Assembly: GCA_049515535.1 (NCBI GenBank)
Contig: JBEKTZ010000016.1
Span: forward strand, 1 to 64,000
Direction of reading: 5' to 3'
DNA length: 64,000 nt
From: Candidatus Aminicenantales bacterium
GTDB lineage: Bacteria; Acidobacteriota; Aminicenantia; Aminicenantales; UBA4085
Both the position numbers and the translations under genes were made by a program. Below, piece by piece: positions 11,400 to 22,256 of the stretch. The notes beneath the pieces were generated by a model. That model searched no databases and was not told the origin of the DNA. It saw only the letters and a list, made by a program, of their open reading frames with translations. Every line of letters starts with the position of its first letter. Within the stretch, counting starts at the first letter, position 1.

Positions 11400-11723
11400 T
11401 CAGCTTTTGCGGCCCTCTTCGGGAAGGCTTTCCGGAGTTCGCTTGATGAACTCTTCCTTCTTCTTGTCGATGAATTCCTTAATCGCGTCGAGTCCTTCCT
11501 GCGTCTTTTCCTTGACGACGCGGATGCCTTTTTCAGCTTCCTTGGCGACCTTCTCGAAACCTTCCTTGGCTTTCTCGCCGGTCTTGCCGACCTCGTCCTG
11601 GATTTTCTTGCGCGTTTCCTTGCCGCTGGCGGGGGCGAGAAGGACGCCGAGGACGAATCCGGTGGCCGCGCCGATCAAGAATGAAACCGCGACTTCAAAG
11701 GCGGATCCTTTGTCGTTACTCAT
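11400..11723 (-). CDS. YtxH-domain protein
   Basis: FLIGAATGFVLGVLLAPASGKETRKKI signature. Confidence 0.88.
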   Translation of the reverse strand: MSNDKGSAFEVAVSFLIGAATGFVLGVLLAPASGKETRKKIQDEVGKTGEKAKEGFEKVAKEAEKGIRVVKEKTQEGLDAIKEFIDKKKEEFIKRTPESLPEEGRKS

Positions 11724-12084
11724 CTGCTTTCTCCTTTTGTTTTTTCAAGTGCCGCCAGACAAAACGGGCGATCGGAAGGGCCAGGGGGAGGAATTTGGAG
11801 GAGGGGCGGAGGATTTTCGAAGTGATCAGGAACGAAGCTTCGGAAATTTTGACCGCCGCCTTTTTCGAGGCGTCGATGGTTTTTCCCAGGTCTTCCACTT
11901 TCTCTTTGATGACGAGATCGAGTTCATTGAGGTTTTTGGCCAGGACGCCGAGTTCGGCGAGGGTTTTCTCCCCCTCGGCCGCCGTCTTACGGAGCTGAGC
12001 GAAAAGCCGGATAAGATAGACGGCGACGATCAGGGCGGCGATGGTGAGGACGAGAAAAAGAAACTGGTTGAGTGTCAGCGGCAT
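11716..12084 (-). CDS. DUF948/YoxC-like membrane protein
   Basis: N-terminal TM helix plus coiled coil, paired with YtxH; TTGACA-17-TATGTT promoter at 12094-12122. Confidence 0.75.
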   Translation of the reverse strand: MPLTLNQFLFLVLTIAALIVAVYLIRLFAQLRKTAAEGEKTLAELGVLAKNLNELDLVIKEKVEDLGKTIDASKKAAVKISEASFLITSKILRPSSKFLPLALPIARFVWRHLKKQKEKADE

Positions 12085-12118
12085 GGTAGCGTAAACATAA
12101 CGCAAAACAAGCGGTTTG

Positions 12119-12538
12119 TCAATTCGGCGGGGCCTCGAGAAGAGCGGGGATTTCTCTCAAGATGGCGCCCCGGACGGACCGGAAAGCGGCCAGAATTTCT
12201 TCCTCGCTGCCCGTGGCTCCGGCCGGATCGGGAAAGCCGACATGGACGCGCTTTCCCTGCCCAAGCCAGAGGGGACATTCCTCAGCGGCACTGTCGCAGA
12301 CCGTGATCACAAGGTCGAAAAGCCGGCCCGTGAATTCGTCCACGGACTTGGACCGGCCGGCGTGCTCGATGCCGATCTCTCTCAAAACTCGAACGGCCAT
12401 GGGGTGGACGAACCCGGCCGGACGCGTCCCGGCCGAGACGGCCTCCCAACGATCGCCCAGGCGATGATTGACGATCGCCTCGGCCATCTGGGATCGGGCC
12501 GAATTCCCCGTGCAGAGAAAAAGGACTTTCTTTTTCAT
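12119..12538 (-). CDS. arsC: Arsenate reductase (LMW-PTP family)
   Basis: LFLCTGNSARSQMAEA, ITVCD, CP, DPA motifs; next to acr3. Confidence 0.92.
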   Translation of the reverse strand: MKKKVLFLCTGNSARSQMAEAIVNHRLGDRWEAVSAGTRPAGFVHPMAVRVLREIGIEHAGRSKSVDEFTGRLFDLVITVCDSAAEECPLWLGQGKRVHVGFPDPAGATGSEEEILAAFRSVRGAILREIPALLEAPPN

Positions 12539-12661
12539 GATTCGTTCAGCATGAATCCCGGTTCATGTTACGCTCTCAAATTCGAACTATTTTTAACTCC
12601 CTTTAGTTTCAGGGTTTTGCCATGAGATCAAGACATTTCAATCACTCTAAACGGCTGCCCG

Positions 12662-13720
12662 CTAGGATTTTATCCTCTCTTGGAAGTACCGCCGCTGGAA
12701 ATAAAGGGCTACGTTGACCAGGCCGATCATGACCGGCACTTCAATCAGCGGGCCGATGACCGCGGCGAACGCCTCGCCGGAATTGATACCGAACACGGCC
12801 ACGGCCACGGCGATGGCCAGCTCGAAATTGTTGCTGGCGGCGGTGAATGACAGCGTCGCCGTTTTCGAATAATCCGCGCCGATCTTCCGCCCCATATAGA
12901 ACGAGACGAGGAACATGATGACGAAGTAAATGATGAGCGGCACGGCGATACGGAGGACGTCGAGCGGGATCTTGACGATGAATTCGCCCTTGAGCGAGAA
13001 CATGACGACGATCGTGAAGAGGAGGGCGATGAGCGTGATCGGGCTGATGCGCGGAATGAATTTCCGCTCGTACCAGTCTTTTCCCTTGAGCTTGAGCATG
13101 GAGAAGCGCGTGAGCACGCCGGCGATGAACGGGATGCCCAAGTAGAAAAACACACTCTTGGCGATCTGGCCGATGGTCACGTTCACCGCCGTCCCTTTGA
13201 GTCCGAGCCAGGTCGGGAGGACGGTGATGAAAACGTAAGCGTAAACCGAAAAGAAAAGAACCTGGAAGATGGAGTTGAACGCGACGAGGCCGGCCGCGTA
13301 TTCGGTGTCGCCCTTGGCCAGCTCGTTCCAGACGATGACCATGGCGATGCAGCGGGCCAGGCCGATCATGATCAAGCCGTACATATAATGCGGATAATCG
13401 CGGAGGAAGATGACGGCCAGGGCGAACATCAGGATCGGTCCGATGATCCAGTTCTGGACGAGCGACAGCGCCAACACTCTGACGTTGCGAAAAACGTCGC
13501 CGAGCTCCTCGTATTTCACTTTGGCTAGAGGCGGATACATCATCAGGATGAGGCCGATGGCGATGGGGATGTTGGTCGTACCGCTCTGGAATTTATTGAT
13601 GAACCCGACCACGGCGGGGACGAAGTATCCCAGTCCGACTCCGGCGGCCATGGCCGAGAAGATCCAGAGTGTCAGATAGCGGTCGAGAAATGAAAGTTTT
13701 TTGCCGGAATGTTCCGTCAA
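12662..13720 (-). CDS. acr3: ACR3 arsenite efflux transporter
   Basis: [49 protein letters not shown]. Confidence 0.96.
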   Translation of the reverse strand: MTEHSGKKLSFLDRYLTLWIFSAMAAGVGLGYFVPAVVGFINKFQSGTTNIPIAIGLILMMYPPLAKVKYEELGDVFRNVRVLALSLVQNWIIGPILMFALAVIFLRDYPHYMYGLIMIGLARCIAMVIVWNELAKGDTEYAAGLVAFNSIFQVLFFSVYAYVFITVLPTWLGLKGTAVNVTIGQIAKSVFFYLGIPFIAGVLTRFSMLKLKGKDWYERKFIPRISPITLIALLFTIVVMFSLKGEFIVKIPLDVLRIAVPLIIYFVIMFLVSFYMGRKIGADYSKTATLSFTAASNNFELAIAVAVAVFGINSGEAFAAVIGPLIEVPVMIGLVNVALYFQRRYFQERIKS

Positions 13721-13752
13721 GTCAGGCCTCCTCTCGTCCGATGCTTTGTTCG

Positions 13753-14442
13753 TTATCCTTGAACAAGAAAATAGATTCCGATCAGGATGATGATAATCCC
13801 CGCGGCTTTTTGAAGAATCCGGTTGGCCTTGTTAAGGCCTTTGGATTCGATCAATCGTTTGGCGGCGCCCATGGATGTCCCGGCGATCAAAATGAGTAGC
13901 GAATGTCCCAAAGCGTAGATGAATAGCAAGAAGCCGCCGTAAACGACATTCCCCTTGCTCGCAACGAAGGCCAGAAGGACCGCAAGGACAGGAACCGCGC
14001 ACGGGGTGGACACGATGCCGAACAATAAACCGAGAAGAAAGGCGCCGAGCCCTCCTTTACGGATTTTGCCGAAAGATTTTGGCATGGCGAAATTGAACTT
14101 GAAAGCCCCCAGCAAATGGACGCCCATGACCAGGCAGACAACGGTCACGGCATATTTCCAGAAACGGCCGATATCGCCGAACATACGGCCCATGAGGGCC
14201 GAGATCAAGCCCAGCCCCGTGAATGTCACGGCCAAGCCGAGGACGAAAAACAGGGAGAAGAAAAACATCTTCTTCAGGGACGACGCTCCCTTCCTGCCGG
14301 CGGCCAGGCCGATCATCAGCGGGATCATGGCTAAAACACACGGATTGGACGCGGTCATGACTCCGCCGAGAAAGACGGCGACGATCGCCAGCCAAGAGTT
14401 GTGCTGGATGAGCTGCTGAATATCTCCGAAGATGCGCTCCAC
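13753..14442 (-). CDS. ccdA: CcdA/DsbD-type transmembrane thiol transporter
   Basis: NPCVLAMIP and TPCAVPVL cysteine motifs, multiple TM helices. Confidence 0.88.
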   Translation of the reverse strand: MERIFGDIQQLIQHNSWLAIVAVFLGGVMTASNPCVLAMIPLMIGLAAGRKGASSLKKMFFFSLFFVLGLAVTFTGLGLISALMGRMFGDIGRFWKYAVTVVCLVMGVHLLGAFKFNFAMPKSFGKIRKGGLGAFLLGLLFGIVSTPCAVPVLAVLLAFVASKGNVVYGGFLLFIYALGHSLLILIAGTSMGAAKRLIESKGLNKANRILQKAAGIIIILIGIYFLVQG

Positions 14443-14454
14443 AGCCTGCCTTCC

Positions 14455-14907
14455 TTATTTCACCCCGTGTTCCTTCAGAAATATTAAAATTTCTTCTTTA
14501 GGGAAAAGGCCGACGTGTCGGAAAAGCTCGTTTCCGCGCTCGTCGATGAATACCTGCGTCGGGATGAGCTGGATTTTGTAATATTCGCCGGGCGCCGGAT
14601 TCTTCCAGACATCGTAGAAGACGACAAGAACCTGATCGGGATATTGGGCGGCGATCTCTTTCATGATCGGCTGCATCTGCCGGCAGGGAATACAGTTCAC
14701 GGAGCCAAGCTCGATAAAAGTGATTTTGTGTTTGGAAAATTCAAGCCTGATCTCGTCCGTGACGAGGACGATCCCTTTGGCCGCCGTCTCTTTGGATGCC
14801 GGAGCGGGCGTCTTTTGGGCGGATTCCGAGCGGCAAGCGCCGATCCAGAACGCCAGGAACCCGAGGAGAACGAGGACGGCTATTTTCACAACCCGGCGTT
14901 TTTTCAT
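14455..14907 (-). CDS. Exported thioredoxin-family protein
   Basis: Signal/lipobox, ELGSVNCIPCRQM, IPTQVF; ATGA overlap with the upstream gene. Confidence 0.85.
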   Translation of the reverse strand: MKKRRVVKIAVLVLLGFLAFWIGACRSESAQKTPAPASKETAAKGIVLVTDEIRLEFSKHKITFIELGSVNCIPCRQMQPIMKEIAAQYPDQVLVVFYDVWKNPAPGEYYKIQLIPTQVFIDERGNELFRHVGLFPKEEILIFLKEHGVK

Positions 14908-15155
14908 GTCTTTGTCCCTTCGGCTTCGCGGATCCATGTTTTGATTTCATCGACGGACGGGATGCGGCCGGTGCATTTCACTTGGCCCTCGATGACGAGC
15001 CCCGGCGTGGCCATGATCCGGTAGGCGACGATCTTTTGGATGTCCGAGATCTTTTCCACGTTCGCCGCGATCCCAAGCTCGTCGACGGCGCGAAGCGTTT
15101 TCCGTTCGAGTTCAAAGCAGCGGGCGCACCCGGGCCCCAAAACTTTGATATCCAT
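14904..15155 (-). CDS. Small redox-active disulfide protein (thioredoxin-like)
   Basis: IKVLGPGCARC, MATPGLVIEG. Confidence 0.9.
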   Translation of the reverse strand: MDIKVLGPGCARCFELERKTLRAVDELGIAANVEKISDIQKIVAYRIMATPGLVIEGQVKCTGRIPSVDEIKTWIREAEGTKT

Positions 15156-15197
15156 GTCCTATCTCCTTCCGGGGTTTTGGGCGGGCTGGCCGGACAT

Positions 15198-15593
15198 TCA
15201 GGCCGGTCGCCGGCCTCGGGTCTCTTTCGGCCCGCGTGTTCGTCGTCCCCGCGTCCTTCGGATGTCGTCTTTCAGGCAGATCTGAAGATTTTTCAGGTCT
15301 TTGAGAAGCTCCGCCGATCCCATCCTTTCCTCTTTTCCGAAAAGATCCAATAAGGGACGAAGAGTGTCTCCTATGCCCGGGGGAATGCCGTAGATCATCC
15401 ACTTCCCGTCGCGTTTGTCCTCGACCAGCCCGGCGTCGCGGAGGATCCTGAGCTGGTGGGACACCCGGGACTGCGACATCTTCAAAATGAAGGTCAATTC
15501 ACAGACGCACAGATCTTTCCCGAGAAGAAGGAGAATGATCCGGAGACGGGTCGGGTCCGATAGCGTTTTGAAGAATTTTAGGATCTTTTTCAT
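15198..15593 (-). CDS. arsR: ArsR/SmtB transcriptional regulator
   Basis: FKTLSDPTRLRI, LCVCEL, SQSRVSHQLRILRDAGLV. Confidence 0.93.
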   Translation of the reverse strand: MKKILKFFKTLSDPTRLRIILLLLGKDLCVCELTFILKMSQSRVSHQLRILRDAGLVEDKRDGKWMIYGIPPGIGDTLRPLLDLFGKEERMGSAELLKDLKNLQICLKDDIRRTRGRRTRGPKETRGRRPA

Positions 15594-15604
15594 GGTCGTT
15601 TATA

Positions 15605-15690
15605 ATATGAACGTATTTTCATATATCGCCTGTGTGTTTGTCAAGGCCTTGACATCGCTCGTCTATAAATATATGATGATTTCTTCATAT
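15605..15690. promoter_or_regulatory. Divergent promoters with two putative ArsR operators (ATATGA-N8-TCATAT)
   Basis: Palindromes at 15605-15624 and 15671-15690; back-to-back -35 boxes TGTCAAggccTTGACA at 15639-15654. Confidence 0.7.
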
Positions 15691-15706
15691 GTAAAGACGG
15701 GCATTC

Positions 15707-16732
15707 ATGAAAACAGACGGCGCGGCTAAACACGCGGGACTCCTGGGATTGATCCCCTTGTGGGCGGTCGCTTATCTGAACTTGAAGACGGCGGCGGATT
15801 TCGTCGTTTTCTCTCTTTTGAAAATGCCCTCCGGCTCGCGTCTGACCGAAGCGATCCGGTTCTTCCTTTTCGAAGTTCCCAAAGTGCTCATGCTGCTGAC
15901 CCTGATCGTCTTCGTCGTGGGGATCATCCGGACCTATTTTTCCCCGGAGAGGACACGCAAAATCCTGGAGGGCAAGTCCCTCTTCATCGGCAACGTCATG
16001 GCCGGCCTGCTCGGGATCGTGACGCCATTCTGCTCCTGCTCGGCCATCCCCCTGTTTCTGGGCTTCGTCGAAGCCGGCATTCCCCTCGGGGTGACGTTTT
16101 CTTTCCTCATCGCCGCGCCCATGATCAACGAAGTCGCGATCGTGCTGTTATTGAGCCTTTTCGGCTGGAAAACGGCCTTGCTTTACGTGTCGACGGGTCT
16201 TGTCATCGCTATTTCTTCGGGCTGGATCATAGGGAAACTGAAACTCGAGCGGTTCGTCGAGGACTGGGTCTATCAAATCAAGAGCGAAGGCGCGATGGCT
16301 GAAGGCGAAAGGCTTTCCTTCAGGCGACGTGTCGAATCCGGCCTGACGGCCGTCAAGGACATTGTGGCCAGGGTCTGGGTTTATATCGTGATCGGGATCG
16401 GAATCGGGGCCGCGGTTCACGGCTACGTGCCGGAGAACTTCATGGCCTCCATCATGGGCAAATCGGCATGGTGGTCCGTGCCGCTGTCCGTTCTGATCGG
16501 CGTCCCCCTTTACTCGAACGCGGCGGGCATCATCCCCATCGTCCAGTCCCTGCTCGAAAAAGGAGCTTCGCTCGGGACCGCTCTCGCCTTCATGATGTCG
16601 GTCATCGCCCTCTCGCTTCCGGAGATGATCATCCTTCGCAAAGTCCTGAAGCTTCCCTTAATCCTGGCCTTCGTCGGTATCGTCGCGACCGGGATCATGA
16701 TCGTCGGGTTCCTGTTCAATCTCGTTTTTTAG
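15707..16732 (+). CDS. arsP: ArsP/DUF318 permease
   Basis: TPFCSCSAIP, GIPLGVTFSFLIAAPMINE, GVPLYSNAAG, ALSLPEMIIL. Confidence 0.85.
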   Translation: MKTDGAAKHAGLLGLIPLWAVAYLNLKTAADFVVFSLLKMPSGSRLTEAIRFFLFEVPKVLMLLTLIVFVVGIIRTYFSPERTRKILEGKSLFIGNVMAGLLGIVTPFCSCSAIPLFLGFVEAGIPLGVTFSFLIAAPMINEVAIVLLLSLFGWKTALLYVSTGLVIAISSGWIIGKLKLERFVEDWVYQIKSEGAMAEGERLSFRRRVESGLTAVKDIVARVWVYIVIGIGIGAAVHGYVPENFMASIMGKSAWWSVPLSVLIGVPLYSNAAGIIPIVQSLLEKGASLGTALAFMMSVIALSLPEMIILRKVLKLPLILAFVGIVATGIMIVGFLFNLVF

Positions 16733-16917
16733 CCGACGGGGATCCAAAGCGGACACGTGCTCGCTCGTCGCGGCGGTTTTCTTCTTCTTGACGGCGGGAG
16801 GGGCGGGCGCTACAATCCGGACGTTGTCGAACGGAGCGATTTCGAGAGCGGGGGACACTCGGCGTTTATCGGCGCGATCCTTTAAACTGCGATCGAGAAT
16901 CGGGCGAAGGAGATGAA

Positions 16918-17376
16918 ATGGCGGGAGCCAAAAAGGTCATCGAGCGAATTTTCATCGTTGCGATGGCGGGAGTCTTCATTTTCTTCCTGATCCAGGCCGC
17001 TTCTTCCTGGTGGAAAGACCGGAAGTTCCAGAAAGACGTGTTGGCTTCTTGCCGGGCTACGGTCGTGGAAGCGGATCCGGCCTTCCCGCCCGGTCTTCTC
17101 GTCGAGTTCGAGAACAAGGGAAGGATCGATCTCTCTCCGACCCATGTTCGCCTGGTTTTTTACCATGACGATCGGGAAATCTCGAGGTTGGACAGGGACC
17201 TTTCGATCAAACCGATGGAAAAAGGGACGGTCCGGTTGAAATCGGCCGCCAAAAACGGCTCAATCGGTTCGCCGCCTCCTCCCGGATCCAGGGTCCGTTA
17301 TTCGGTCATGATTTATCCGCTCTATAAAAAGCCGTTGCCTGAGATCACGGGGGACGTGATTCTCAAAAATCCATGA
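16918..17376 (+). CDS. Hypothetical membrane-anchored protein
   Basis: SD AAGGAG, N-terminal TM helix; TTGACG-17-TACAAT promoter at 16788-16816. Confidence 0.75.
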   Translation: MAGAKKVIERIFIVAMAGVFIFFLIQAASSWWKDRKFQKDVLASCRATVVEADPAFPPGLLVEFENKGRIDLSPTHVRLVFYHDDREISRLDRDLSIKPMEKGTVRLKSAAKNGSIGSPPPPGSRVRYSVMIYPLYKKPLPEITGDVILKNP

Positions 17377-17380
17377 GAGC

Positions 17381-17662
17381 ATGATGCCGAAGACAACGAG
17401 AGACATCCCGCGCGAAAAAATTCCCTGGTATCCTTCGATCGACGAGGAAAAGTGCGACGGCTGTCAGGCCTGCGTTCAATTCTGTCAACATGACGTCTAT
17501 CTATGGGACGAGAAGGACAATATCGCCAAGGTTATTCGGCCGTTCCATTGCGTCGTCGGCTGCAACGGATGCGAGAATTTATGCGCGAGGGAGGCCATTT
17601 CTTTTCCCGAGATCGACGCGATCCAGGAGATCATCAGGAAACTTCGGGAAGAGAAGGATTGA
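17381..17662 (+). CDS. 4Fe-4S dicluster ferredoxin-like protein
   Basis: CDGCQACVQFC and CVVGCNGCENLC motifs. Confidence 0.9.
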   Translation: MMPKTTRDIPREKIPWYPSIDEEKCDGCQACVQFCQHDVYLWDEKDNIAKVIRPFHCVVGCNGCENLCAREAISFPEIDAIQEIIRKLREEKD

Positions 17663-17665
17663 TCC

Positions 17666-18247
17666 CTATTTCCAGAGGATTTTGCTCAGGTTCACCAGGC
17701 CGAATGCCTTTTCGATGCGGCCGAGAATGTCCGGGAAGGCTGCCTCGTCGCGGGATTTGACGGCCGTCTCCCATTCGGCGAAAAGCGGGGCCGCGGCGAA
17801 GTCATGCTCTTTTTTCAAAATGCGCCGGATTCCCCGGAACGAAAACCAGTGCGTGATGAGGAGAAGGGCCACGGCATAGAACGCGACATTCGGGCCGGGG
17901 ATAGGCGTAAGCAGGCCGACGATGGGGACAACGAGCGCTTCGCCGATGAGATAAAAAATCCTTTTCGTCCGCTGCTTGTGCAGGAAAAAATGGAATTTAT
18001 GGCTGATCTTGTGCTCATCGGCGAGGCCGGAAAAAAAGATCCGGATGGACGCGTCCTCGAGCTTCAATGCCCGGGCGAAGGCCTGCTCCTGGCGCAGCAT
18101 CCGCTGGGGGAGGACCATCAGCTTTTTTTTGGCCAGCTCCCACGCCTCCTTGGCCTTGGAGCGCTTGAGCTCGATCGGCTTCGGCGGCTCGGACGAGAAG
18201 AACCGCATGTCGTGCCGGGCGTCCCTGATAAAAAAGAAGTTCAGCAT
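17666..18247 (-). CDS. Hypothetical membrane protein
   Basis: Hydrophobic hairpin containing LTPIPGPNVAFY; plausible composition. Confidence 0.7.
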   Translation of the reverse strand: MLNFFFIRDARHDMRFFSSEPPKPIELKRSKAKEAWELAKKKLMVLPQRMLRQEQAFARALKLEDASIRIFFSGLADEHKISHKFHFFLHKQRTKRIFYLIGEALVVPIVGLLTPIPGPNVAFYAVALLLITHWFSFRGIRRILKKEHDFAAAPLFAEWETAVKSRDEAAFPDILGRIEKAFGLVNLSKILWK

Positions 18248-18308
18248 TTCGGGTCTCTCGGACAGGCCTCCGCTTTCGCGGAGGCATCAGGATATACGGA
18301 TTCCCGCG

Positions 18309-19226
18309 TCATGGAGTTTTCTCGAAGAGCTCCGGGTGGATGAGGCGGGCCAGCTCGGCGAACGCGTCGTAAAGGCGGGGGCCGAACCGGCTGGCGATGT
18401 TCTCGTCGAGGAAACGGATGCGGTTCGTCCGAACGGCGGTGACGGAATCGAATCCGGCCTGAGCTTTGAACCAGTCCTTGGCCTTTTCGAAATCCCCCTC
18501 GGATTGGGCCAGGATGACGATGATCTCGGGATCGTCCTTGATGAACTGCTCGCGGCTGTAGTCCAGCCATTGCTTGGAAGCGCGGCCGGCGACATTGACG
18601 GCTTTGGCCCGCTCGATCATATCGTTGAAATAGCTCGGCCTGCCGCACGTCGCGAGGCCCATGGCATGGAGGCTGACGAAGACCCTGGGCCTGCCCGCGA
18701 CTCCGGACAGAGAATCCAGCGTTTTCCGATATTGGCCTTCGAGCCGACGGACGAGCGCCGTCGCTTCGTCTTCCTTCTGTGTGATCCGCCCGATCTTGGC
18801 GATGGTCTTGGGCACCGAATCCAGGCCGTTCCCGATGTCGAGGACGAAGACGCGTATGCGGAGGGTCTGGAGGCGGGTGATGACGTTCCAGGGATTGCCT
18901 CGGAAGGCGATGACCAGATCGGGCTTGAGGGCCCGGATCTTTTCGATGCCCGGATCGATCAGGCCGCCGACTTTTTCTTTTTGGATAGCGGCCGCCGGAT
19001 AATCGCAGTAGCGGGTGACGCCGACGACCCGATCCCCGAGGCCGAGGGCGAAGAGAATTTCGGTGATGTTCGGGGCGAGGGAAACGATGCGTTGCGGCGG
19101 GGGAGCCGGCGGAAAAACGTTTCCCGCGTCATCCTTGAGAACGGTTTCCTGGCTCGAGCCCAGGGAGGCAAGGAAGGCCGTCGTCAAGATGAAAACCGAC
19201 GCTTTCCCTCGAACGGAAAGGACCAT
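18309..19226 (-). CDS. BtuF-like helical-backbone ABC substrate-binding protein
   Basis: PQRIVSLAPNITEILFALG, VVGVTRYCDYP, EKIRALKPDLV, RFGPRL. Confidence 0.9.
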   Translation of the reverse strand: MVLSVRGKASVFILTTAFLASLGSSQETVLKDDAGNVFPPAPPPQRIVSLAPNITEILFALGLGDRVVGVTRYCDYPAAAIQKEKVGGLIDPGIEKIRALKPDLVIAFRGNPWNVITRLQTLRIRVFVLDIGNGLDSVPKTIAKIGRITQKEDEATALVRRLEGQYRKTLDSLSGVAGRPRVFVSLHAMGLATCGRPSYFNDMIERAKAVNVAGRASKQWLDYSREQFIKDDPEIIVILAQSEGDFEKAKDWFKAQAGFDSVTAVRTNRIRFLDENIASRFGPRLYDAFAELARLIHPELFEKTP

Positions 19227-19234
19227 GGGGTAGA

Positions 19235-19936
19235 TTATATAATCAGCAGCGTCTTCGGGTCCAGCTTGAGCGGAAGAAGACCGGGCGCCGGATAGTCATG
19301 GTCCTTGACGACATTCAAGGCGACATGATCGCCGTGGGAGTGGAGCGTGATCAGGACGTCGATGGCCGGGCATAACGGGTCGAGGACGACCGGGATCCCG
19401 TTTTCTCCGTAGAGAAGAGCTCCGGTTTCCTTGAGGGAAGCGCTGAACCAGACCTCGAGACCGAGTTTCCCGGCGAATTCCTTGAATTTGGCGATGTCTT
19501 CGCATGTCGCCCGGGCGAAGTCGTAGCCGTCGACGATGACCGCGTCCGCGGCGAATTTGCCGAACGTGATCATGGCCTCTACGCTCTTGAGGACCTGTTC
19601 GGTGCGCGTCCCGTCCTGCTTGAAGTTCATGATGACGCGGTTCTTGATGATCTCGTCGTGGACGTCCACGGCATCCTTGAGTTTCCGGTTCTTGGCGATT
19701 TCCTTGAAGATATCTTCATACCAGGTGATGATGTAGTCCACGCGGCTCGAATAGGAAACGTGGATGATGGGCTTGCCCTGGAACAGTTTGTCCGTGGCGA
19801 TATGGACCAGGCAGGCGGTCTTCCCCACGCCCTTGGGGGAGGCGAGGACGCCGATATTCCCATTCCCCAGACCGCCGTGGATGGACTTTTCGAGGACGCG
19901 CAGCGGGCTCCGTTTGATGAGTTCGGCTTTGACCAT
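19235..19936 (-). CDS. RecA/KaiC-like P-loop NTPase of unknown function
   Basis: GGLGNGNIGVL, Walker A SPKGVGKT, Walker B VIVDG. Confidence 0.8.
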   Translation of the reverse strand: MVKAELIKRSPLRVLEKSIHGGLGNGNIGVLASPKGVGKTACLVHIATDKLFQGKPIIHVSYSSRVDYIITWYEDIFKEIAKNRKLKDAVDVHDEIIKNRVIMNFKQDGTRTEQVLKSVEAMITFGKFAADAVIVDGYDFARATCEDIAKFKEFAGKLGLEVWFSASLKETGALLYGENGIPVVLDPLCPAIDVLITLHSHGDHVALNVVKDHDYPAPGLLPLKLDPKTLLII

Positions 19937-19954
19937 CTTTGGATACTCCTTGCT

Positions 19955-22045
19955 TTATCTGGCGCTGCCGCTTTGTTTCCGGATCTGGTGCGCGGCGATC
20001 AATTCCTCGGCGACGAACGAAGGCACGCGGCCGTATTTCAGGAATTCCATGGTGAACTCGGCCTTGCCCTGGGTGAGCGAGCGGAGGACCATCGAGTACC
20101 CGAACATCTCGCTCAGCGGCACTTCGGCGTCGACGCGGGAGAAGCTTCCGTCCTCCACCGAGCTGACGATGATGCCGCGGCGCTGGTTGATGCTGGCGAA
20201 AATATGGCCGGCGAATTCGGATGGCCCCTCGACGGAAACCTTCATGATCGGCTCGAGGATCTGAGGCTTGGCCTTGCGATAAGCCTGGCGGAAAGCGCCG
20301 ATCGCCGCGGCCTGGAAGGCGTGGTCCGAGGAATCGACTTCGTGATACGCGCCGTCGGCGAGGGTCACCCTGACGCCGGTGATCGGGAATCCGATCAGGT
20401 CGCCCTTCTTGACGGCCGCCTGGAAACCCTTGTCGCAGGCCGGGATGAATTCCCGCGGGATTCGGCCGCCCCTGACTTCGTTCACGAACTCGTACGTCCC
20501 TTCGGCGAGCGGCTCGATCGCGCCGATGACGCGGCCGAACTGCCCTGCGCCGCCGGTCTGCTTTTTGTGGGTGTAATCGAACTCGACGCGCTGGCTGATG
20601 GCCTCGCGGTAGGCGACCTGCGGCTTCCCCGTCGAGACTTCGGCGTTGTATTCGCGCTTCATCCGCTCGACATAGACGTCGAGGTGGAGTTCGCCCATCC
20701 CCTGGATGATGGTTTCGTGCGATTCGGGGTCGACGTGGGTCCGGAATGTCGGATCTTCCTTGGTGAATCTATTCAGGGCCTTGGCCATCCTGTCGAGCGC
20801 TTTCTTGTCCATGGGCTTGATGGCGAGCGATATGACCGGTTCGGGGACGAAGATCGAGGTCATCGCGAGTTTGAGGCCGGGGGAGACGAACGTGTCGCCT
20901 GAAGCGCAGTCGATTCCGAAAAGGGCGACGATGTCGCCGGAGACTGCGGAGGGAATGTCCTCCATGCTGTCGGCGTGCATCCGGACGAGACGGCCGATCT
21001 TGACTTTTTGCCCGGAACGCACGTTTTGGATTTCGTCGCCTTTCTTGAGGCTGCCCTGGTATATGCGGATGTAGGTCAGCTGCCCGTAGGCACCGTCCTC
21101 GAGCTTGAAGGCCAGGATAACTGCCGGCGCGTCGTTATCGGTCCTGAGCTTGATCTCCCGCCCGTCGTCTTCCAGATCGACGGCGACGTTCTCGACGTCT
21201 GCCGGATTCGGCAGATAGCGGACGACGCCGTCGAGGAGCGGCTGCACGCCCTTGTTCTTGTAGGCCGATCCGACGAAGACCGGCGTCAGCTTGCGGGCGA
21301 TCGTGCCCTTGCGCACGGCCTCGTAAACCAGGTCGTCCGTGACGCGGTTTTCGAGAATGGCCTCGGTCAGCTTGTCGGAGAACATCGAGGCCGCGTCGAG
21401 CATCTCTTCGCGTTTCGTCGCGGCTTCGTCGCCGAGCTCCGCGGGGATCTCTCCGGTCCGGACGATCTCGCCGTCGCGGCCGTCGAAGTACAGAGCCTTC
21501 ATGGTCACGAGGTCCACGAGGCCCAGGTGCTTGTCTTCCAGGCCGATCGGGATCTGCATGAGAACGGCGTTGTGGTGAAGCTTCTCTTCGAGCTGATCGC
21601 GGACCTTGTAAGGATTGGCGCCGACGCGGTCGCACTTATTGATGAAGGCGATCCGCGGGACGTTGTAGCGCTTGAGCTGCCGGTCCACGGTGATCGTCTG
21701 CGACTGGACGCCGCCGACCGCGCAGAGCACGAGGACGGCGCCGTCGAGGACGCGGAGCGACCGCTCGACCTCGATCGTGAAGTCCACGTGGCCGGGCGTG
21801 TCGATGATGTTGATCGACCGACCGGCCCACTCGACGTAGGTCGCGGCCGAAGTGATGGTGATCCCGCGCTCGCGCTCGAGCTCCATGTGGTCCATGGTCG
21901 CGCCCACGCCGTCCTTGCCTTTGACCTCGTGGATCTTGTGGATTTTCTTGCAATAAAAGAGGATCCGTTCGGTCAGCGTCGTTTTTCCCGAATCGATATG
22001 GGCGCTGATGCCGATATTGCGCATGGTCGAGACGTCTGTGTTCAT
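19955..22045 (-). CDS. fusA: Elongation factor G (mtEFG1/spdEFG1-like)
   Basis: [56 protein letters not shown]. Confidence 0.97.
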   Translation of the reverse strand: MNTDVSTMRNIGISAHIDSGKTTLTERILFYCKKIHKIHEVKGKDGVGATMDHMELERERGITITSAATYVEWAGRSINIIDTPGHVDFTIEVERSLRVLDGAVLVLCAVGGVQSQTITVDRQLKRYNVPRIAFINKCDRVGANPYKVRDQLEEKLHHNAVLMQIPIGLEDKHLGLVDLVTMKALYFDGRDGEIVRTGEIPAELGDEAATKREEMLDAASMFSDKLTEAILENRVTDDLVYEAVRKGTIARKLTPVFVGSAYKNKGVQPLLDGVVRYLPNPADVENVAVDLEDDGREIKLRTDNDAPAVILAFKLEDGAYGQLTYIRIYQGSLKKGDEIQNVRSGQKVKIGRLVRMHADSMEDIPSAVSGDIVALFGIDCASGDTFVSPGLKLAMTSIFVPEPVISLAIKPMDKKALDRMAKALNRFTKEDPTFRTHVDPESHETIIQGMGELHLDVYVERMKREYNAEVSTGKPQVAYREAISQRVEFDYTHKKQTGGAGQFGRVIGAIEPLAEGTYEFVNEVRGGRIPREFIPACDKGFQAAVKKGDLIGFPITGVRVTLADGAYHEVDSSDHAFQAAAIGAFRQAYRKAKPQILEPIMKVSVEGPSEFAGHIFASINQRRGIIVSSVEDGSFSRVDAEVPLSEMFGYSMVLRSLTQGKAEFTMEFLKYGRVPSFVAEELIAAHQIRKQSGSAR

Positions 22046-22071
22046 GGAAACCGATACCTTTTCACGTCGAG

Positions 22072-22136
22072 GTCAAGGGACGAGCCTTTGCGGCGGAACT
22101 TGACCCCCGGGTAAAGCCCGGGGCCCCGGCCGCTGT
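22072..22136. repeat. Palindromic repeat copy A (short form, 63 bp net), fusA 5' UTR
   Basis: GTCAAGGGACGAGCC..CCCCGGGTAAAGCCCGGGGCCCCGGCCGCTGT; 5 mismatches to copy B. Confidence 0.9.
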
Positions 22137-22221
22137 GGCTAACTCATGGGCTTAGAACCGGTTAGGGGATAATCGCGGCGGTGAAATCTAAGCGATCAAG
22201 AGGCCCTATAAACGAGAATCC

Positions 22222-22250
22222 ATTATACGGAAATGATCCCCCGAAATCAA
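22222..22250 (-). promoter_or_regulatory. Sigma70-type promoter of fusA
   Basis: TTGATT-17-TATAAT. Confidence 0.7.
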
Positions 22251-22256
22251 GCGCAG

